From NCBI GenBank assembly GCA_017548525.1, contig JAFYZV010000230.1, positions 2,981-66,980 on the forward strand: a stretch of 64,000 bases of DNA. Direction: 5' to 3'. Made by a program: the position numbers and the translations under genes. This document shows positions 40,385-51,700 of this stretch, one piece after another. This DNA comes from Prevotella sp. (lineage in GTDB: Bacteria > Bacteroidota > Bacteroidia > Bacteroidales > Bacteroidaceae). Each line of letters opens with the position of its first letter. Position 1 is the stretch's first letter. A model generated the notes under the pieces. That model was not told the DNA's origin. It searched no databases and was given only the letters and a program-made list of their open reading frames with translations.

Positions 40385-43300
40385 TTAGAAGTTCAGGTTG
40401 AATCCCAGTTTGACGGTAACGGGCAAGCCCACTTTGGCGTAGTCAAACCCACGCATCCTCTCGTCGTAAGAATAGGCAAATTCGGGATCACTACCCAAGT
40501 AGTTGGTGAGAGAGAAGAGGTTCTCGGCAGCGATAAACACATTGCCCGAGCGTACAAACGACCACAGCTTGTTGAAGTTGTAGGTCAACCGCAAGGAGCG
40601 GAGTTTCAAGAAATCGCCATCTTCTATCCATCGGTCGCTGAAATCGTTGTTGCGCAGAGGGTCGCCATAGTTGGCACGGGGCAAGGAAGCGACCTGCCCC
40701 TCCACCTGCCAGCGGTCAAGGACAGCCGTCGACTGGTTGTAGAACGACGACATGGACTCCACTTGCCTACGTGTGGCATTATAGACTTGCGCCCCAAGGG
40801 TATAGCCAAAGTTGGCATCGAGGGTGAAACTCTTGTAACGGAGCATGAGGTTGATGCCTCCGAAGGCGGATGGCAACGAACAACCTAACGTCGTCTTGTC
40901 GTACTCGTTGATGACACCATCGGGAGTGCCATTGGGACCGCTGATGTCTACAAACCTGACATCACCCGCTTGGAAAGCGTCACCGTTGCTGTTGACCAAG
41001 CCATCGGCTTTCGCCTCTGCGGTGGTGGCATAGATGCCATTGGTCTTGTACCCATAGAATTGGTAGGGCTTCTGGTCCACTGCCATCAACATCTGCGCAT
41101 CATCATCATTGTAGCCCGTGTAGCTGATGACGCTCTGCTGGTCGCCACCGAGCGACTTGATGGTACTCTTCAAGGTGCTGATGTTGGCAGCCACAACCAA
41201 GTCAAAGTCCTTGGTGTGGATTGGGTTGGCACGGAATGCTACCTCCAAGCCGCGCCCAGAGATCTTGCCTGTATTGTCATAGAACACTTTGGAGCCATAG
41301 ACGGCAGAGATGTCGCGACTGAGCAAGAGGTCATAAGACTCGTTCAGGTAAGCATTGACGCTGAGGTTGATCCTATTGTGCAGCAAGGCGGTTTCCACGC
41401 CGAAGTCCAATTGGCGTTTCTTCTCCCATGTCAGTTTCCTGTTAGGAACATTCGAGCGGATGATAGAGCCGATGTTGAAGAAATTGCCACTCATGTAATA
41501 GCTCTTACCATAGTTGCTGGAGAAACGGCTGTTGCCAGAGAGGCTTCCCTCAACGGTGAAGTTCAACTTGTCAATGGCATTGGGAAGGATGCCCATATTC
41601 GCCATCATGAACGTGGCACCAACGGACGGGAAGAAACCCATGCGTGTGGCATCTGCCCCCGTGACACTGCTACCGTCTACCACCAAGTTGGCAGTACCTT
41701 TGAGAATCTTGTTCCAAGTGTAATCGCCATGGAGGGTGAAACCAAAGTGTTTCCAATCCACATTGTCGCCCGTAGTCAGTTTCTCGCTATTGGTGTTGCC
41801 CAACGTCTTGTAATAGTCATTCGGCGTGTTGAAGCCCTCAGACATGTCATATTCCAAGCTACGGGTAATGTAGCGGGCTTGTGCCAAGCCGTTGACCTCA
41901 TGAATCTTGTTGAACGTGCGATTGTAATTGGCACTAAGTTGGTAGGTATTCAAATGCTGGCGGATAACGCCTTCCGCTACCTTGTTCTCGCCAATGCCAT
42001 ACACTTGTGGCATGATGGCATGGCTGGTAACACCAGGGATGAACATCGTCTCCTCCGTATAGTTATAATAGAGGTTGACGAGGGCGGAGAGCTTGAGGTA
42101 GTCGTTCCATTTGTAGTTGAGTCCCAATCCCGCATTGGCATCATAAATCTTGTCGCCCGCCTCAACCGTCTCCACGATTGCCATGGGGTTGCTCACGTTA
42201 TCGTAAGGGATGGTGGGAATGTCATTGGTGTTCCAAGCATAGTAGCGAGCCCAGTTGGGAAGCAGGGAGCCATCATCTTGTTTGGCGTGGGCATTGATGA
42301 GCGGCATGGAATGGTATGCGGCAAGGATGGGGTTGGTCTCCATCTGCATACCCGTGTTTTGTAGGTCGCTCGTGATATATGCCAAACCAACGTTAGCTGT
42401 GATGTCCACCTTGCGGCTCACCATCACGTCGGAGCTGATGAGCGTGTGGTAACGGTTGGTTCCCGTTCCCCTCAAAGTTCCTGTATTGTTGGTATAGCCA
42501 AAGGAAATGTTGTATTTCGCGATAGCGTCGCCTCCCTCCACACGGAAGATGTTTTCGGTCATGAATCCCTTACGCTGGATATCCTTCATCCAGTTGGTGT
42601 TCTCATTAAAGAGATAGGAATAGATGTTAGGGCTATTCTGCAAGAAGGGATAGTCCTCGGTAAGGGCAGCCATGGAGGGATATGCTGTCATGCCCAAATC
42701 CATAAGATAGCCACGGTATTCTGTAGAGTTCATCATGGGAATGGATGAGTTCTTGAAATTGATACCATATTGGCCGCTAAATGAGATGCGGGTATCGAGG
42801 TTATCACTCGTCGCCTGCTGCGTCTCAATCAATATGACCCCATTGCTGCCTAACGAGCCGTACATGGCGGCATCGGCACCTTTCAGGACGGTAACGCTGC
42901 GGATGTCCTTGGGGGAATAGGCAAAGAGGAGATCGCGACTGTAACCGTTGATGACATCAGAGATGCCTTGGTTGCCAAAGTAAGGAACGCCATTGATGAC
43001 AATAAGCGGATTGTTCTCGGCAACGAAAGTATGGATTCCACGGAGGTTCATGTATGTCCCCTCGCCAGGCATTCCGCTCTTCTCTACCACTTGAAGCCCG
43101 GCGATACCATCGCGTGTGGCAGCCCCGAGGGAGAGTTTATCGCTGAAGTCCTTGTTCTCGATGCCCGTGGTGACCCCAGACTTCACGTCGTCTGCCAACG
43201 TCGCATAGCCTGTGACTGCTTTCCCGTTATACAGGGTCTCATTCTCGGGAGTCAGCGTGATGACGAAACCAGCGACACCTTGTTTCTTGGAAAGAAGCCT

Positions 43301-43549
43301 CAATGGCAGGGAACGCTCATAATATCCCTCTGCCTTGATGGTGACAAGGGCCTCGTGGTCATTGGCATTCAACACGAAGAATCCATCATTGTCAGACAAT
43401 GTAGAGATGCTGTCGCCGATGATGGAAATGATGGCACCCTTGATGGGTTCGCCATTCGTACCCTTGACCTGCGACTTGACCTTGGTGGCCTGTGCCATGA
43501 CAGATGCAGCGATGCTACATGCTGCAAGGAAAAAATATAGTCGTTTCAT
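40385..43549 (-). CDS. SusC/RagA TonB-dependent transporter
   Basis: SGMPG, PLIVING, DIRSVTVLKGA..YG..NGVILI plug, LTWEK and C-terminal LNF. Confidence 0.95.
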   Translation of the reverse strand: MKRLYFFLAACSIAASVMAQATKVKSQVKGTNGEPIKGAIISIIGDSISTLSDNDGFFVLNANDHEALVTIKAEGYYERSLPLRLLSKKQGVAGFVITLTPENETLYNGKAVTGYATLADDVKSGVTTGIENKDFSDKLSLGAATRDGIAGLQVVEKSGMPGEGTYMNLRGIHTFVAENNPLIVINGVPYFGNQGISDVINGYSRDLLFAYSPKDIRSVTVLKGADAAMYGSLGSNGVILIETQQATSDNLDTRISFSGQYGINFKNSSIPMMNSTEYRGYLMDLGMTAYPSMAALTEDYPFLQNSPNIYSYLFNENTNWMKDIQRKGFMTENIFRVEGGDAIAKYNISFGYTNNTGTLRGTGTNRYHTLISSDVMVSRKVDITANVGLAYITSDLQNTGMQMETNPILAAYHSMPLINAHAKQDDGSLLPNWARYYAWNTNDIPTIPYDNVSNPMAIVETVEAGDKIYDANAGLGLNYKWNDYLKLSALVNLYYNYTEETMFIPGVTSHAIMPQVYGIGENKVAEGVIRQHLNTYQLSANYNRTFNKIHEVNGLAQARYITRSLEYDMSEGFNTPNDYYKTLGNTNSEKLTTGDNVDWKHFGFTLHGDYTWNKILKGTANLVVDGSSVTGADATRMGFFPSVGATFMMANMGILPNAIDKLNFTVEGSLSGNSRFSSNYGKSYYMSGNFFNIGSIIRSNVPNRKLTWEKKRQLDFGVETALLHNRINLSVNAYLNESYDLLLSRDISAVYGSKVFYDNTGKISGRGLEVAFRANPIHTKDFDLVVAANISTLKSTIKSLGGDQQSVISYTGYNDDDAQMLMAVDQKPYQFYGYKTNGIYATTAEAKADGLVNSNGDAFQAGDVRFVDISGPNGTPDGVINEYDKTTLGCSLPSAFGGINLMLRYKSFTLDANFGYTLGAQVYNATRRQVESMSSFYNQSTAVLDRWQVEGQVASLPRANYGDPLRNNDFSDRWIEDGDFLKLRSLRLTYNFNKLWSFVRSGNVFIAAENLFSLTNYLGSDPEFAYSYDERMRGFDYAKVGLPVTVKLGFNLNF

Positions 43550-43563
43550 TGTTCGCACGTGTA

Positions 43564-45366
43564 TTAATAGTTATTGTGAGTGGGACGCAGACACCAATGG
43601 TACATCATGAGCTGGGTCACGTTATTCTTGTTGCGGCCAGCCGAAGCATTGTAGAGATAGCTGTTGTCGTATGAATCCACCGTGATGGTGAAGTTTCCAC
43701 TCTGTTTGAGGTTGACAACACCGACGGTGTATCCATCCGTGTCGTATGCGATAGCTTTAGGGTCTAACTCAATCCAGTCGTCAGGGTCGAATCCTTCGCC
43801 ATAGGCAATGCCATCCTGGCCATAGTGTGGCACCTCGCTGGCTGCTCCACGGTCAAAGTGGAAATTAGAACCTTGGGCGTAAAGCACCATGTCCTTCACC
43901 AACAAGGAGTCGTTGAAGAAGATGCTGACCGAATAGGTAAGACTATGCTTGAAGCCCATGCGCAGATAATATTCACCAGCGGGCATGTAAGCCTTCGACA
44001 CCGTGTTGGTCGCCTCGTCATAGAGCAACGCATCGTAATTGACGCTGCAATGGAGGGAGTCGGCAATGGCCTCCTCGTCGGGTACTGCCGTCAGCACATG
44101 GTAATACATCGTGGGGAGGGTGCTTGACAAGGTGAACTCGCCCTGTGCGTCGTTGATAATCATCTGGTCTGTCCAGTGGTTCCAACGGAAGTAGGTTTCC
44201 TTCTCTGCCTCGGTCATGGCGTTCCACAACTCATAGAAACGAGCCTTGACACGATAGATGACCACATGGTTGGGGATTTTCAGGTTTGTGCAATAATATG
44301 CTACGCCATTACTCAAGTTGACTTTGCTTGACACGTCAACAGTTTGCACCCTGGGTCTCCACCAAGCGGCATCGCCATCCTTGTATTTCGTCACGTCTGC
44401 CTGGGTGTCGATGACCTTCATGTAACCATCCACGCAACGGAAGTCGGGAGCAGATGCACTCACTTCATCCTCGCCCAGTTCGCTATTCACGAAACAAGCC
44501 TTGACAATCCATTTCTCAAACTTCTCCAAGTCGGCATCGGTAGCGGGACGATTCAACCAAACGGGGATGCTATCCATAGCGTTGTTGATGGCATTATCTA
44601 TCTGCTCATTGTTGGGGATAAACATAGTTGTCTTGTAACTCTCCGAGCGCATATCCCAATAATTCACACCCTCGGCAGTATAACGATCCATCAACGTGTT
44701 GCGTACAGTAATGATGGAGTCATATACCGTCATACCTGCATCGTTCACGCCAATGGCGGCACTATGCTCGCGGTCGAAGAAAGGTTCCTCGAACTTGGCG
44801 ACCAACTCACGGAAACGGGAATAGTTCTCGCCCAACGAATTGAGGTATTCATAAACGGAGTTACGGATGGGGAGTACGCCTCTGATGTAATAGACGTAAC
44901 CATTGTTGGTCTTGACGACCTTCTCGATGCCATACTGGTCAAACCGAAAGGCATCGTTGTCGCCATACACCCACACGTTCTTACCCGAGCGGGTCAACAA
45001 GCCATAGCCATCCTTCAACGTGCTGGGTGCCACCGCCATGTCGCAGACGGAGTATTGAGCGAAGGTCTTGCGGTTGGTGATGTTGCCCTCGCCCGTCTTG
45101 AAGATGTCGTTGCTGCATACGATGAATGTATAGTCATTGTCTGCGAAGGTGCTGTCGTAAACACCCGCTTCTTGCAAGAGGTTGGAGAACTGGCTGACAT
45201 CGGCTGTGCCTTTCATGTAACTAACGATGTCCCCATTATATATGCTAACCTTATCGGTGCTGATACCGCTCTCGTCAAAGTGGTCGCTCCATTCCGAACA
45301 AGCAGTCAAGATTGTTGCGGACAAAGCCGTCAGCGCCATGTAATAACTGATTCTTTTCATATTCAT
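43564..45366 (-). CDS. Fasciclin-domain lipoprotein
   Basis: Lipobox LTAC, TNNGYVYYI, TMFIPNN and LSNGVAY fasciclin motifs. Confidence 0.75.
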   Translation of the reverse strand: MNMKRISYYMALTALSATILTACSEWSDHFDESGISTDKVSIYNGDIVSYMKGTADVSQFSNLLQEAGVYDSTFADNDYTFIVCSNDIFKTGEGNITNRKTFAQYSVCDMAVAPSTLKDGYGLLTRSGKNVWVYGDNDAFRFDQYGIEKVVKTNNGYVYYIRGVLPIRNSVYEYLNSLGENYSRFRELVAKFEEPFFDREHSAAIGVNDAGMTVYDSIITVRNTLMDRYTAEGVNYWDMRSESYKTTMFIPNNEQIDNAINNAMDSIPVWLNRPATDADLEKFEKWIVKACFVNSELGEDEVSASAPDFRCVDGYMKVIDTQADVTKYKDGDAAWWRPRVQTVDVSSKVNLSNGVAYYCTNLKIPNHVVIYRVKARFYELWNAMTEAEKETYFRWNHWTDQMIINDAQGEFTLSSTLPTMYYHVLTAVPDEEAIADSLHCSVNYDALLYDEATNTVSKAYMPAGEYYLRMGFKHSLTYSVSIFFNDSLLVKDMVLYAQGSNFHFDRGAASEVPHYGQDGIAYGEGFDPDDWIELDPKAIAYDTDGYTVGVVNLKQSGNFTITVDSYDNSYLYNASAGRNKNNVTQLMMYHWCLRPTHNNY

Positions 45367-45374
45367 GTCTGTTT

Positions 45375-47168
45375 TTAGTCGATGGGAATGAACTCTATGT
45401 AATCGTACATCTGGTGATAAAGGTTGTCAGTCTTCGCATTGATGTCCATCATCGTTACCTTAAAGTTGTGGGGACTGGAGGTGTCGAACTCCATGGTTTC
45501 CCACAAGGTCAGGTCAACGGAACCGTACAACACCCTTGCCCTCGCAGAGATGATATCCCCCAAACCTTTATATATATATAGGTTGGTGGTCTTGTCATCC
45601 ATCTCAAACTTGGTAAGGCTTCCCGATGTGAAGAATTTCATGATTGAAATGTCAGCACAATAATGCAACACCACCTTGTACTTGCCGGCAATGATGGAGG
45701 GTGTGGTGAATTGAATCCAACCCGCATACCCCAAATTGAGCATCAAGTAATTGTTCATGTATGTGCCGTAACGGGGTGTGGTCTTCGCTGATGTCGATGC
45801 CCATTGCTCCTTGATGAATCCCACCACGGGATATTGGGTAGCAGAAGCGCGGCTATCGGTGTTCTTATACGTGAACGATGTCAACGTGCCATAGTCACCA
45901 TTGCGTCGTGCGTCAGAGAGATCCACCTTGCGCTCCGCCGTGGTGAGGTCGGACGTGAAGAGGCTTCCGAATCCATTGTCCGCTCCGTATGCGTTGACGA
46001 AGGAGATGATGTCTGCCGAGTTTAGGAAGTCCCATCTCACGGTGACAGGTGTGGGATGATAGACGGGCATGACATTGTTGACTTTATGGATTAAGCCATT
46101 TCGTGCTTGGATGTCGCTCCGCAAAATTTGGATCGACTTGTTGATGGTGCGTATACCTTCATCCTCATTGGTGATGATGGCTTGCCCTGGCATCTTCGTT
46201 TCGAAAATCAAAGTCTGTCCTTCCGTTTGGAAATTGTAAAGCTCATTGGTATCATATTCCCTCAAGAGGAAATGGTATTGCACGTAATTGACCAAAGCTG
46301 TTTCTCCATTTGTCTCCTCGCCATTGCTATTGTTGACAAGCCATGACTTCAAACTACTCACGTCAGAGATACCAGCCTTCTGGTAGATCTCATCAGGTAC
46401 GGCAAAGCAAGTGTAGTTATAAGTATTGACCACATAGCCACCACCCACGACGTATGTTGTATCGCGCATCTTATTGGCTATCGAGTCGTAGCCCGTATCG
46501 TGGATGGCTTGCGCGAAGATGGAATAGTTGCCTTCCAGTTCCAACTTCTCGATAATGGTCTCTGTCAATGGCGTGATGACCGTCCCCATGCTATAGATGA
46601 CACCATTTGCACAAGTAATGCCCGTGAACTTGTCGAGGCGAGCCTGGTTGTTGATGAAGATGGAGTCGGGGGTGTAGATGGTCTCCGTTCGCTCTGCATC
46701 ATCCACGTCGGTAATGGTGAACCCGTATTTCAAGGTCAGGTAAGAGCCAAAGAGGTTTTGCGTGGGAATGTACGTGGCATTCTCCGCATAGTTGTTTAAC
46801 GTTGTCTCCGTGATGGTGGTGTTGGCAATGATGTGTGCCTGGGCGACAGAACGGGCATACTCCCGTGGTAAGTCCCTGACAGACGACACCCCGCGCTCGG
46901 CAATGAACGCCGTTATCGCCGCATTGTTTGGGCAGAAGATGGTTGCCTCTGACGATGCGTCCTTCAATGCGTTGTAGTAGTCGGCATGTTTCAGGAAGTC
47001 AATCCACATCGAATAGTCTGCATCTCTCTCCAAGACATCAATGATAGACATTTCTGACTCCAAGTCGGAAGGCTTGACAAACATCTCGCCTTCGTTGGGG
47101 TCGTCACAGCCCGTCATCAGCATGGCGAATCCTAATGAGATAAAAAACAATATCTTTTTCATGTCCAT
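45375..47168 (-). CDS. Fasciclin/DUF5108-like lipoprotein
   Basis: Lipobox MTGC, TIFCPNNAA, ANGVIY, YTCFAVPD and ARNGLIHKVN. Confidence 0.8.
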   Translation of the reverse strand: MDMKKILFFISLGFAMLMTGCDDPNEGEMFVKPSDLESEMSIIDVLERDADYSMWIDFLKHADYYNALKDASSEATIFCPNNAAITAFIAERGVSSVRDLPREYARSVAQAHIIANTTITETTLNNYAENATYIPTQNLFGSYLTLKYGFTITDVDDAERTETIYTPDSIFINNQARLDKFTGITCANGVIYSMGTVITPLTETIIEKLELEGNYSIFAQAIHDTGYDSIANKMRDTTYVVGGGYVVNTYNYTCFAVPDEIYQKAGISDVSSLKSWLVNNSNGEETNGETALVNYVQYHFLLREYDTNELYNFQTEGQTLIFETKMPGQAIITNEDEGIRTINKSIQILRSDIQARNGLIHKVNNVMPVYHPTPVTVRWDFLNSADIISFVNAYGADNGFGSLFTSDLTTAERKVDLSDARRNGDYGTLTSFTYKNTDSRASATQYPVVGFIKEQWASTSAKTTPRYGTYMNNYLMLNLGYAGWIQFTTPSIIAGKYKVVLHYCADISIMKFFTSGSLTKFEMDDKTTNLYIYKGLGDIISARARVLYGSVDLTLWETMEFDTSSPHNFKVTMMDINAKTDNLYHQMYDYIEFIPID

Positions 47169-47181
47169 ATTCGTTTTGTGA

Positions 47182-48765
47182 TTATTCGTAATAAGGGTTT
47201 TGTTCCAAAAGCGGATTCACCGTAATCTCATTGTAATAGACGGGAAGATACCAGGCGTTCTCGTCGCTCAACACGGAGGTGATCCATGTCTCACGAGCCT
47301 GTTGGTCATACTTGGTGACATTCTCGATCAAGAAGTCTTTCACAAAGTTGATGGTTCCTGATGGATCCTTATAGCGACCCAAGCGCAACAGGTCATACCA
47401 TGCCTTGCCCTCGCCGACCAATTCCATCAATCGCTCATAAAGCACGTAATCCATCAACGTCTTGAAGTCGATGTCCTCAAAGAACTCCCGTTCCTCAAGG
47501 TTGGAACGCTTGCGCACCTCGTTCACCAATTTCATCGCCTCCTCATTGTCGCTATTATCCGTTCCCAAATGCCGCATGAGCAAAGCCTCGGCCTTGAGGA
47601 GCATGATGTCCGCTACACGATAAAGGATGAAATTGGGGTCGTAATAGGTTGATGTGCGCTTATCAGACAAGGATGTGCCACCGACATACTTCCACACATA
47701 ACCCGCACGGGCTCCAGTATAGGCAGCGGCAGACGCTCCCACGAAATATCCGCCAAACATGGTACGCACCGCCATGTCACCCGCTTCTTCACCATATTCC
47801 AATATGATGTTGCGATATTCGGAATTGAAGTTTTGCAGCATTTGTTGTGATAATTCGTAGACGCGGCTATCGTTGGTGTTGTCGAACAAGATGGGGAGTT
47901 TGTTGGTCTGCAAGGTCGTACCCTCATACTTCTCGTGGCTCCATTGCAGCTCAAAGATAGACTCGTTGCTGTTGCCAGGGTTGAAGATGGTGAACCAACT
48001 GCTATGCGTTGCCGTCTTCATGAAACGCGGGGCATCAGCTGCCGTGGCGTTCAGGATGAGGTTGGCATAATTGATGGCTTGGTCGAAATCGGAGTTCCAC
48101 AAGCATACATCAGTCATCAAGGCATAGATTGCCCAAATGGTAGCCCGTCCCTTGGTCTCCCAAGTGGTGTTGAAACTGGTCTTGGCAGCACCTAACCGAA
48201 TCGCCTCTTCTAAGTCCGCCTTGATTTGCGCGATGATTTCCTTCTCTGAAGACTTACCGACATTGTATGAAACATCGTCTGTCTCGAAAGGCTCCGTGAA
48301 CAAAGGAGCATCGCGCCAATTGCGCACGATATAGAAATAGGCTAAAGCCCTCAGCCAATATGCCTCGCATCGATGGGAGTTCATCTCCTCTTGGGTGTAG
48401 GTGGCATCATTGTTACGAGCCGTCTCTGCATTCTTCAACACCAAGTTGGCAGAATTGATAATCTGGTACATCGGCGACCAAGTGGCGATATTCGTCGTTG
48501 ACTTGATCTGGAAGTTTTGCAAGGGCGACCCATTGCGGTTATAGATACATCCGGCACGGAGTTCTCCCCACGGAATGAGGTATGTCTCCACGGAATTGCG
48601 TAGATACCAATATCCTGCTGTGATTGTCGCTTCCACATCGGCCTTTGATGCCCAATAGAGATCTGTCGGCTCTACGTTTTCCTCGTATACTTCCAAATAA
48701 TCGTTGCATGAAGTGAAGCCCATGAGCAACACTACCGACATGATGATATATTTTATTGTCTTCAT
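47182..48765 (-). CDS. SusD/RagB lipoprotein
   Basis: Lipobox FTSC, EAYWLRALAYF, YRVADIMLLKAEA and ERLMELVGEGKAWYDLLR. Confidence 0.93.
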   Translation of the reverse strand: MKTIKYIIMSVVLLMGFTSCNDYLEVYEENVEPTDLYWASKADVEATITAGYWYLRNSVETYLIPWGELRAGCIYNRNGSPLQNFQIKSTTNIATWSPMYQIINSANLVLKNAETARNNDATYTQEEMNSHRCEAYWLRALAYFYIVRNWRDAPLFTEPFETDDVSYNVGKSSEKEIIAQIKADLEEAIRLGAAKTSFNTTWETKGRATIWAIYALMTDVCLWNSDFDQAINYANLILNATAADAPRFMKTATHSSWFTIFNPGNSNESIFELQWSHEKYEGTTLQTNKLPILFDNTNDSRVYELSQQMLQNFNSEYRNIILEYGEEAGDMAVRTMFGGYFVGASAAAYTGARAGYVWKYVGGTSLSDKRTSTYYDPNFILYRVADIMLLKAEALLMRHLGTDNSDNEEAMKLVNEVRKRSNLEEREFFEDIDFKTLMDYVLYERLMELVGEGKAWYDLLRLGRYKDPSGTINFVKDFLIENVTKYDQQARETWITSVLSDENAWYLPVYYNEITVNPLLEQNPYYE

Positions 48766-48787
48766 ATTCGTTATATCTTTTTGCTCG

Positions 48788-51700
48788 TTAGAAATTCAAA
48801 GTCAAACCAACGGAGAAACGCTTCGAGCGAGGGGTCTGCGAGGAGTCCATAGCCAAGTCGGTAATGCCGCTCGGAAGAGTCACCTCGGGATCCTGACCCG
48901 TGTAGCTGCTAAAGGTAAAGAGGTCATAACCTGTCACAAACATGCTGATGCTGTTCATGCCTACAGCCTTGCACCAAGTCTTGGGGAAGCTATAACTAAG
49001 AGAGAGGGTCTTCAGGCGGACGAAGGAACAGTTTTCCACGAATCGGTCACTACCCAAGTAATTGAATCCCCAACCCCACAGGGCGCGTGGGATGTCCGTG
49101 TCATCACCCTCGTTGCGCCAACGACGCAAGACGGCAGTACTCTGGTTGTCAGAGCCACGCATAGACTCGGCATTCATGCGGGCGGAGTTGATAATCTTCT
49201 GGCCTAAGCGATAGTGCATAAACACCGTCATGGTCAGTTTCTTGTATTTCAGGGTAAAGCCACCACCACCACTAATGATGGGGTTGCTGTTACCTAAATA
49301 AACAATGTCATTCTTGTCAATCTTGCCGTCGTGGTTGATGTCCTCATACTTGGCATCGCCTGGATAGCAAACGTATGTGCCATTGGTCATCACGATGGGC
49401 TTGCCTTGCAAGTCATACATCACACCACCCTCGGCATCTTTGGCGTAGGTGTCCTCAGTGTTTTGGTACACGCCTTTGTATCTGTAACCGAAGAAAGAGC
49501 CAACTGCCGTTCCTGCGATGATGCGCTTGGCATATTCGCCATTGTTGAAGGTGTATTCCTCGGTACTCTGGTTCTCTGGCAACTCGACAATGGTGTTGAT
49601 GTTACGGTTGAAGTTCCAATTGACAGAGAAATCCCAGTCTTTCATTTTCAAGACATTGTAATCAATACGGAACTCCCATCCCTTATTCTCCAAGCGACCT
49701 GAATTGAAATAATTGAGTTTCACCACGCCGCTGGATGGATTGTAACCTGTATAGCTCGGCACGGAATAGTTCCTCTGGAGAAGGTCTTTGGTCTTTTTGT
49801 GGTAGTAGTCGAAAGTAGCCCTCAACTTGCCATCCCACAAAGAAATGTCGGTACCGATGTCAAATTCCGTGGATGTCTCCCATTTGAGCTTGTTCAATTG
49901 CATCTTGTTGGCAGTAATGGCACTGGCATCCATATACGTACCGATGGAGGCATACGTTCCCACATAGGGCGACGTTCCCGATGGCGCATTTCCACTCATA
50001 CCATAGCTGGAGCGAATCTTAAATTCGGATAGCCATTCCTTGCTCCATTTCATGAAAGGCTCATCGGCGAATTGCCAACTCACACCGATAGATGGGAAGA
50101 AACCCCAACGGTTGTCCTTGCCCAATGACGACTTGCCTTCATAGTTGGCTGTACCATTGATGGTGTAACGGTCAAGGAATGTGTAGACGATGGAGGCGAT
50201 ACCCGATAGGGTACGTCCCTCCGATGTGCCAGAGCCTTGTGAGAGCAAGGCACCTCCACCCGAACCTGGGTCAGAAATAGACGATGAAGCCACGTTGTAG
50301 CGGGTAGCAGAATAATTGGAGCTACGGTTTTGCGACGTGCGCCACAATGCTGTTGCCGTCAATTGATGCTTTTTGTCCATCCACTCGTTGGTATACATCA
50401 ACTTGTTCTCCGTCTGGAGGGAGAAGGTGTTGGTATAGGCATCGCTGGCTTGATTGGCGTAGGTGTTGTCGGTTGTCACACCCGTTGCCGACTGCGGAAG
50501 GAATTTGTTGGTCTTGTTCGTTGTGAATCGCATAGAGACATAACCACGATAGGTGAGATGCTCCGTGGCGTAATAGGCGGCACGGACAGTCATCTTCTGC
50601 TCCTTGGAATGCAACTTACTGAAGCTCTCCTCAGCCATGATGATGGGATGGAAATTCTTTGAACCATTGAAAGCACCCTGAAACTCTTCGGAGTTTTGGC
50701 GAGTGAAATAAGTGCTTGTCATTTCTCCCGTAGCGTCATCGATATAATAAGGACTCTTATTAGGCATCTTGCGCATCGCCTCGGCCCGTACCCTGTCTAC
50801 CCATAGGGCATCTTTCTTGGTGTCGGTATACGAATACTCGGCATTCACGCGCAATTTCTCAGAGAACTTATAGCCAATGTCAAGCGAGGTGGTCAGACGC
50901 CCCAAGCCCGTTCCCTTGGTGGTACCGCCCTCATTGGTGTATGCGAGAGAATAACGATAAGTGGCTCGTTCACCACCTCCAGACATCGCAAACGAATTGT
51001 CGGTGGTAAAGGCATTCTTTGTGATATAGTCGAGCCAGTCCACGTTTTGGTTGTACTCGTCAAAATAACGCCACTCTTGGTTGTAATTGATTTCGGGCGT
51101 GTCAAACAGATACTCCAACAAAGCACTCTGCCCTGCCAAACCACGGGCATTAGCGGCATTCCAAATAGCATCTTGGATAAATGCCACATATTCGTTACCA
51201 TTGAGCATCGGCATCGATTTCGGCTCAATCTTCAAGGAATTCTTGGTAGAGAAAGTGAAGTTGGTCTTACCCATCACACCCTTCTTCTTGGTGATGAGCA
51301 ATACGCCATTGGCACCTGCCGTACCATAGACAGCGGTAGAGGCGGCATCCTTTAATACTTCTATCGACTCAATGTCATTGGGGTTCAGATTCAACATCTG
51401 CGCAAAATCTTCTTGTGATGCGGTGTTGAAGTCGAAAGAGTCGTCGATGTCCGTGTTATAAGGCACACCGTCAATAACGATGAGTGGGTCGGCATTGGAG
51501 TTCAACGTGGCAGTACCACGAATGCGAATGCTACTCTTGGCACCAGGGTCGCCAGCGGCGATGATGTCCACACCACCCAATTGACCTTGCAAAGCCTCCT
51601 CAATGGAGGTGACAGGGGTCGTTGCCGTGATGGCGTTCATGTCAATCTTCTGCGTGGCGAAAGCCAACTGGCGCGAAGTGACACCCATGTCGTTGCGGTC

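Noticed and set aside
40970-42364. Long antisense ORFs (464 aa here; also 44344-45378, 52373-53578 and 12669-13538)
   Set aside because: They lie opposite well-supported genes, have no recognisable motifs, and are expected shadows of biased codon usage.
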